Shown here piece by piece: positions 63,291-64,000 of a DNA stretch of 64,000 nucleotides. The notes under the pieces are model-generated. The model did not search any database, was not told the DNA's origin, and saw only the letters and a list, made by a program, of their open reading frames with translations. The stretch is taken from contig JAILZS010000004.1 of NCBI GenBank assembly GCA_023512375.1, positions 18,036 through 82,035 on the forward strand, read 5' to 3'. This DNA is from Bacillota bacterium (GTDB lineage: Bacteria; Bacillota; Sulfobacillia; JAJZYS01; JAILZS01). The first letter of the stretch is position 1, and every line of letters begins with the position of its first letter. Made by a program: the position numbers and the translations under genes.

Positions 63291-64000
63291 CTACGAGAAC
63301 AGGAAGAAGCGGATCAGCGTGTCAGGGTAGAAGACGTAGCCCGAGACGCCGCGTGCGGTGACCACGGTGGTCTTGTACTGGTACAGGTACAGCCACGGCG
63401 CCTGCTGGTTGACGATTCTCTGGATCCGGGCGTAGATGGCGTTGCGCTGGGCTGTGTTGGGGTCGAACTCGGCCTGGGCGAGGAGCTTGTTCACCGTGGG
63501 GTTGTTGTAGTTGGCGGCGTTGGTCTGCATGCCGCCGGCCATGAGGAAGCCGAGGTGGTAGCCAGGGTCGTTGACGAAGGAGTCCCAAGAGGAGATGAAG
63601 GCCTGCATCTTGCGTGCGGCGAGGGCGGTCTGGAACTGGGCGTCGGCCATCTGCACGATCTTCATGTTGACACCGATCTTGGCGAACGACGCCTGCAGGA
63701 GGTTGGCGTCTTGCACCCAGTCGGGTCGGCTGGCATCGAGGGTGAACGTGAACGTGAAGCCGTGCGGGTAACCGGCCTTGGCGAGCAGGGCGCGCGCCTT
63801 GGCCAGGTCGTAGCGGTACACGAAGCCGGCGCCGGTGTGGGTGGGCATGCCGATGGGCACGACCGAGTCCATGGGCGCCGCCTGCCCGTACATCACCTGC
63901 TGGATGAGGGTGGAGTACGGCACGGCGTAGGCGAGGGCCTGGCGCACGAGCACGTTGTTGAACGGCGGGTCGGACTCGTTCATGCCGAAGTAGACGACGG
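63291..64000 (-). CDS. ABC transporter substrate-binding protein, family 5 (C-terminal part; gene runs off the window end)
   Basis: ..NNVLVRQALAYAVPYSTLIQQVMYGQAAPMDSVVP..YDLAKARALLAKAGYPHGFTFTF..PWLYLYQYKTTVVTARGVSGYVFYP.. The reading frame stays open to position 64000. Confidence 0.85.
   Translation of the reverse strand, partial: VVYFGMNESDPPFNNVLVRQALAYAVPYSTLIQQVMYGQAAPMDSVVPIGMPTHTGAGFVYRYDLAKARALLAKAGYPHGFTFTFTLDASRPDWVQDANLLQASFAKIGVNMKIVQMADAQFQTALAARKMQAFISSWDSFVNDPGYHLGFLMAGGMQTNAANYNNPTVNKLLAQAEFDPNTAQRNAIYARIQRIVNQQAPWLYLYQYKTTVVTARGVSGYVFYPDTLIRFFLFS

Overview
This is a high-GC segment (my estimate is about 70%) of a bacterial chromosome that spans the replication origin. On the minus strand the order is gyrB, a remB-like DUF370 gene, DUF721, recF, yaaA-like S4, dnaN and dnaA. 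On the plus strand it is rpmH, rnpA, yidD, yidC and rsmG, then parA, parB and DUF4446. Further on come a diacylglycerol-kinase-like gene, ykuS-like, yyaC, ykvI-like, TPR, cvpA and DUF951, followed by rpsF, ssb, rpsR, rplI, a lonC-like gene and dnaB. This content and order fit an endospore-forming, Firmicute-type lineage with unusually high GC (Thermaerobacter, Symbiobacterium or Limnochordia-like). That assignment is inference only. DnaA-box clusters flank dnaA, and rpmH has a textbook TTGACA-17-TATACT promoter. About 1.3 kb of dead mobile DNA lies between rsmG and parA: a group II intron reverse-transcriptase pseudogene and a TnpB C-terminal stub. From about 22 kb onward the window is accessory and metabolic:
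- a 5-gene peptide-type ABC importer
- an amine/GABA catabolic island (FAD oxidase, two class-III aminotransferases, an aldehyde dehydrogenase, a saccharopine-dehydrogenase-like enzyme)
- a divergent sigma-54 gene and PAS-AAA+ activator
- uppP, speE, an alcohol dehydrogenase, a Bcr-type MFS pump, a PAP2 phosphatase and liaFSR
- an aldo/keto reductase and two tandem double-YbjQ genes
- a DinB gene followed by decayed redox genes, and a polysaccharide deacetylase
- a class-V aminotransferase, DUF917 x2, a HyuA-like gene and a second peptide-type ABC locus, which runs off the window

The most interesting signals are these:
1. A compact sigma-54 circuit. The activator lacks any DNA-binding domain, and three -24/-12 motifs lie in front of the ABC importer, the gabT-like operon and a DinB gene.
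2. A sharp ~330-bp low-GC codon patch inside dnaA.
3. The tandem DUF917 pair, which carries a near-identical 83-nt tract.
4. The tandem double-YbjQ genes.

Trimmed start coordinates come from codon counting in the supplied ORF track and from Shine-Dalgarno or overlap logic, so they are estimates. Many long ORFs in the track are antisense or GC-driven artefacts. I saw no rRNA, tRNA or CRISPR array.
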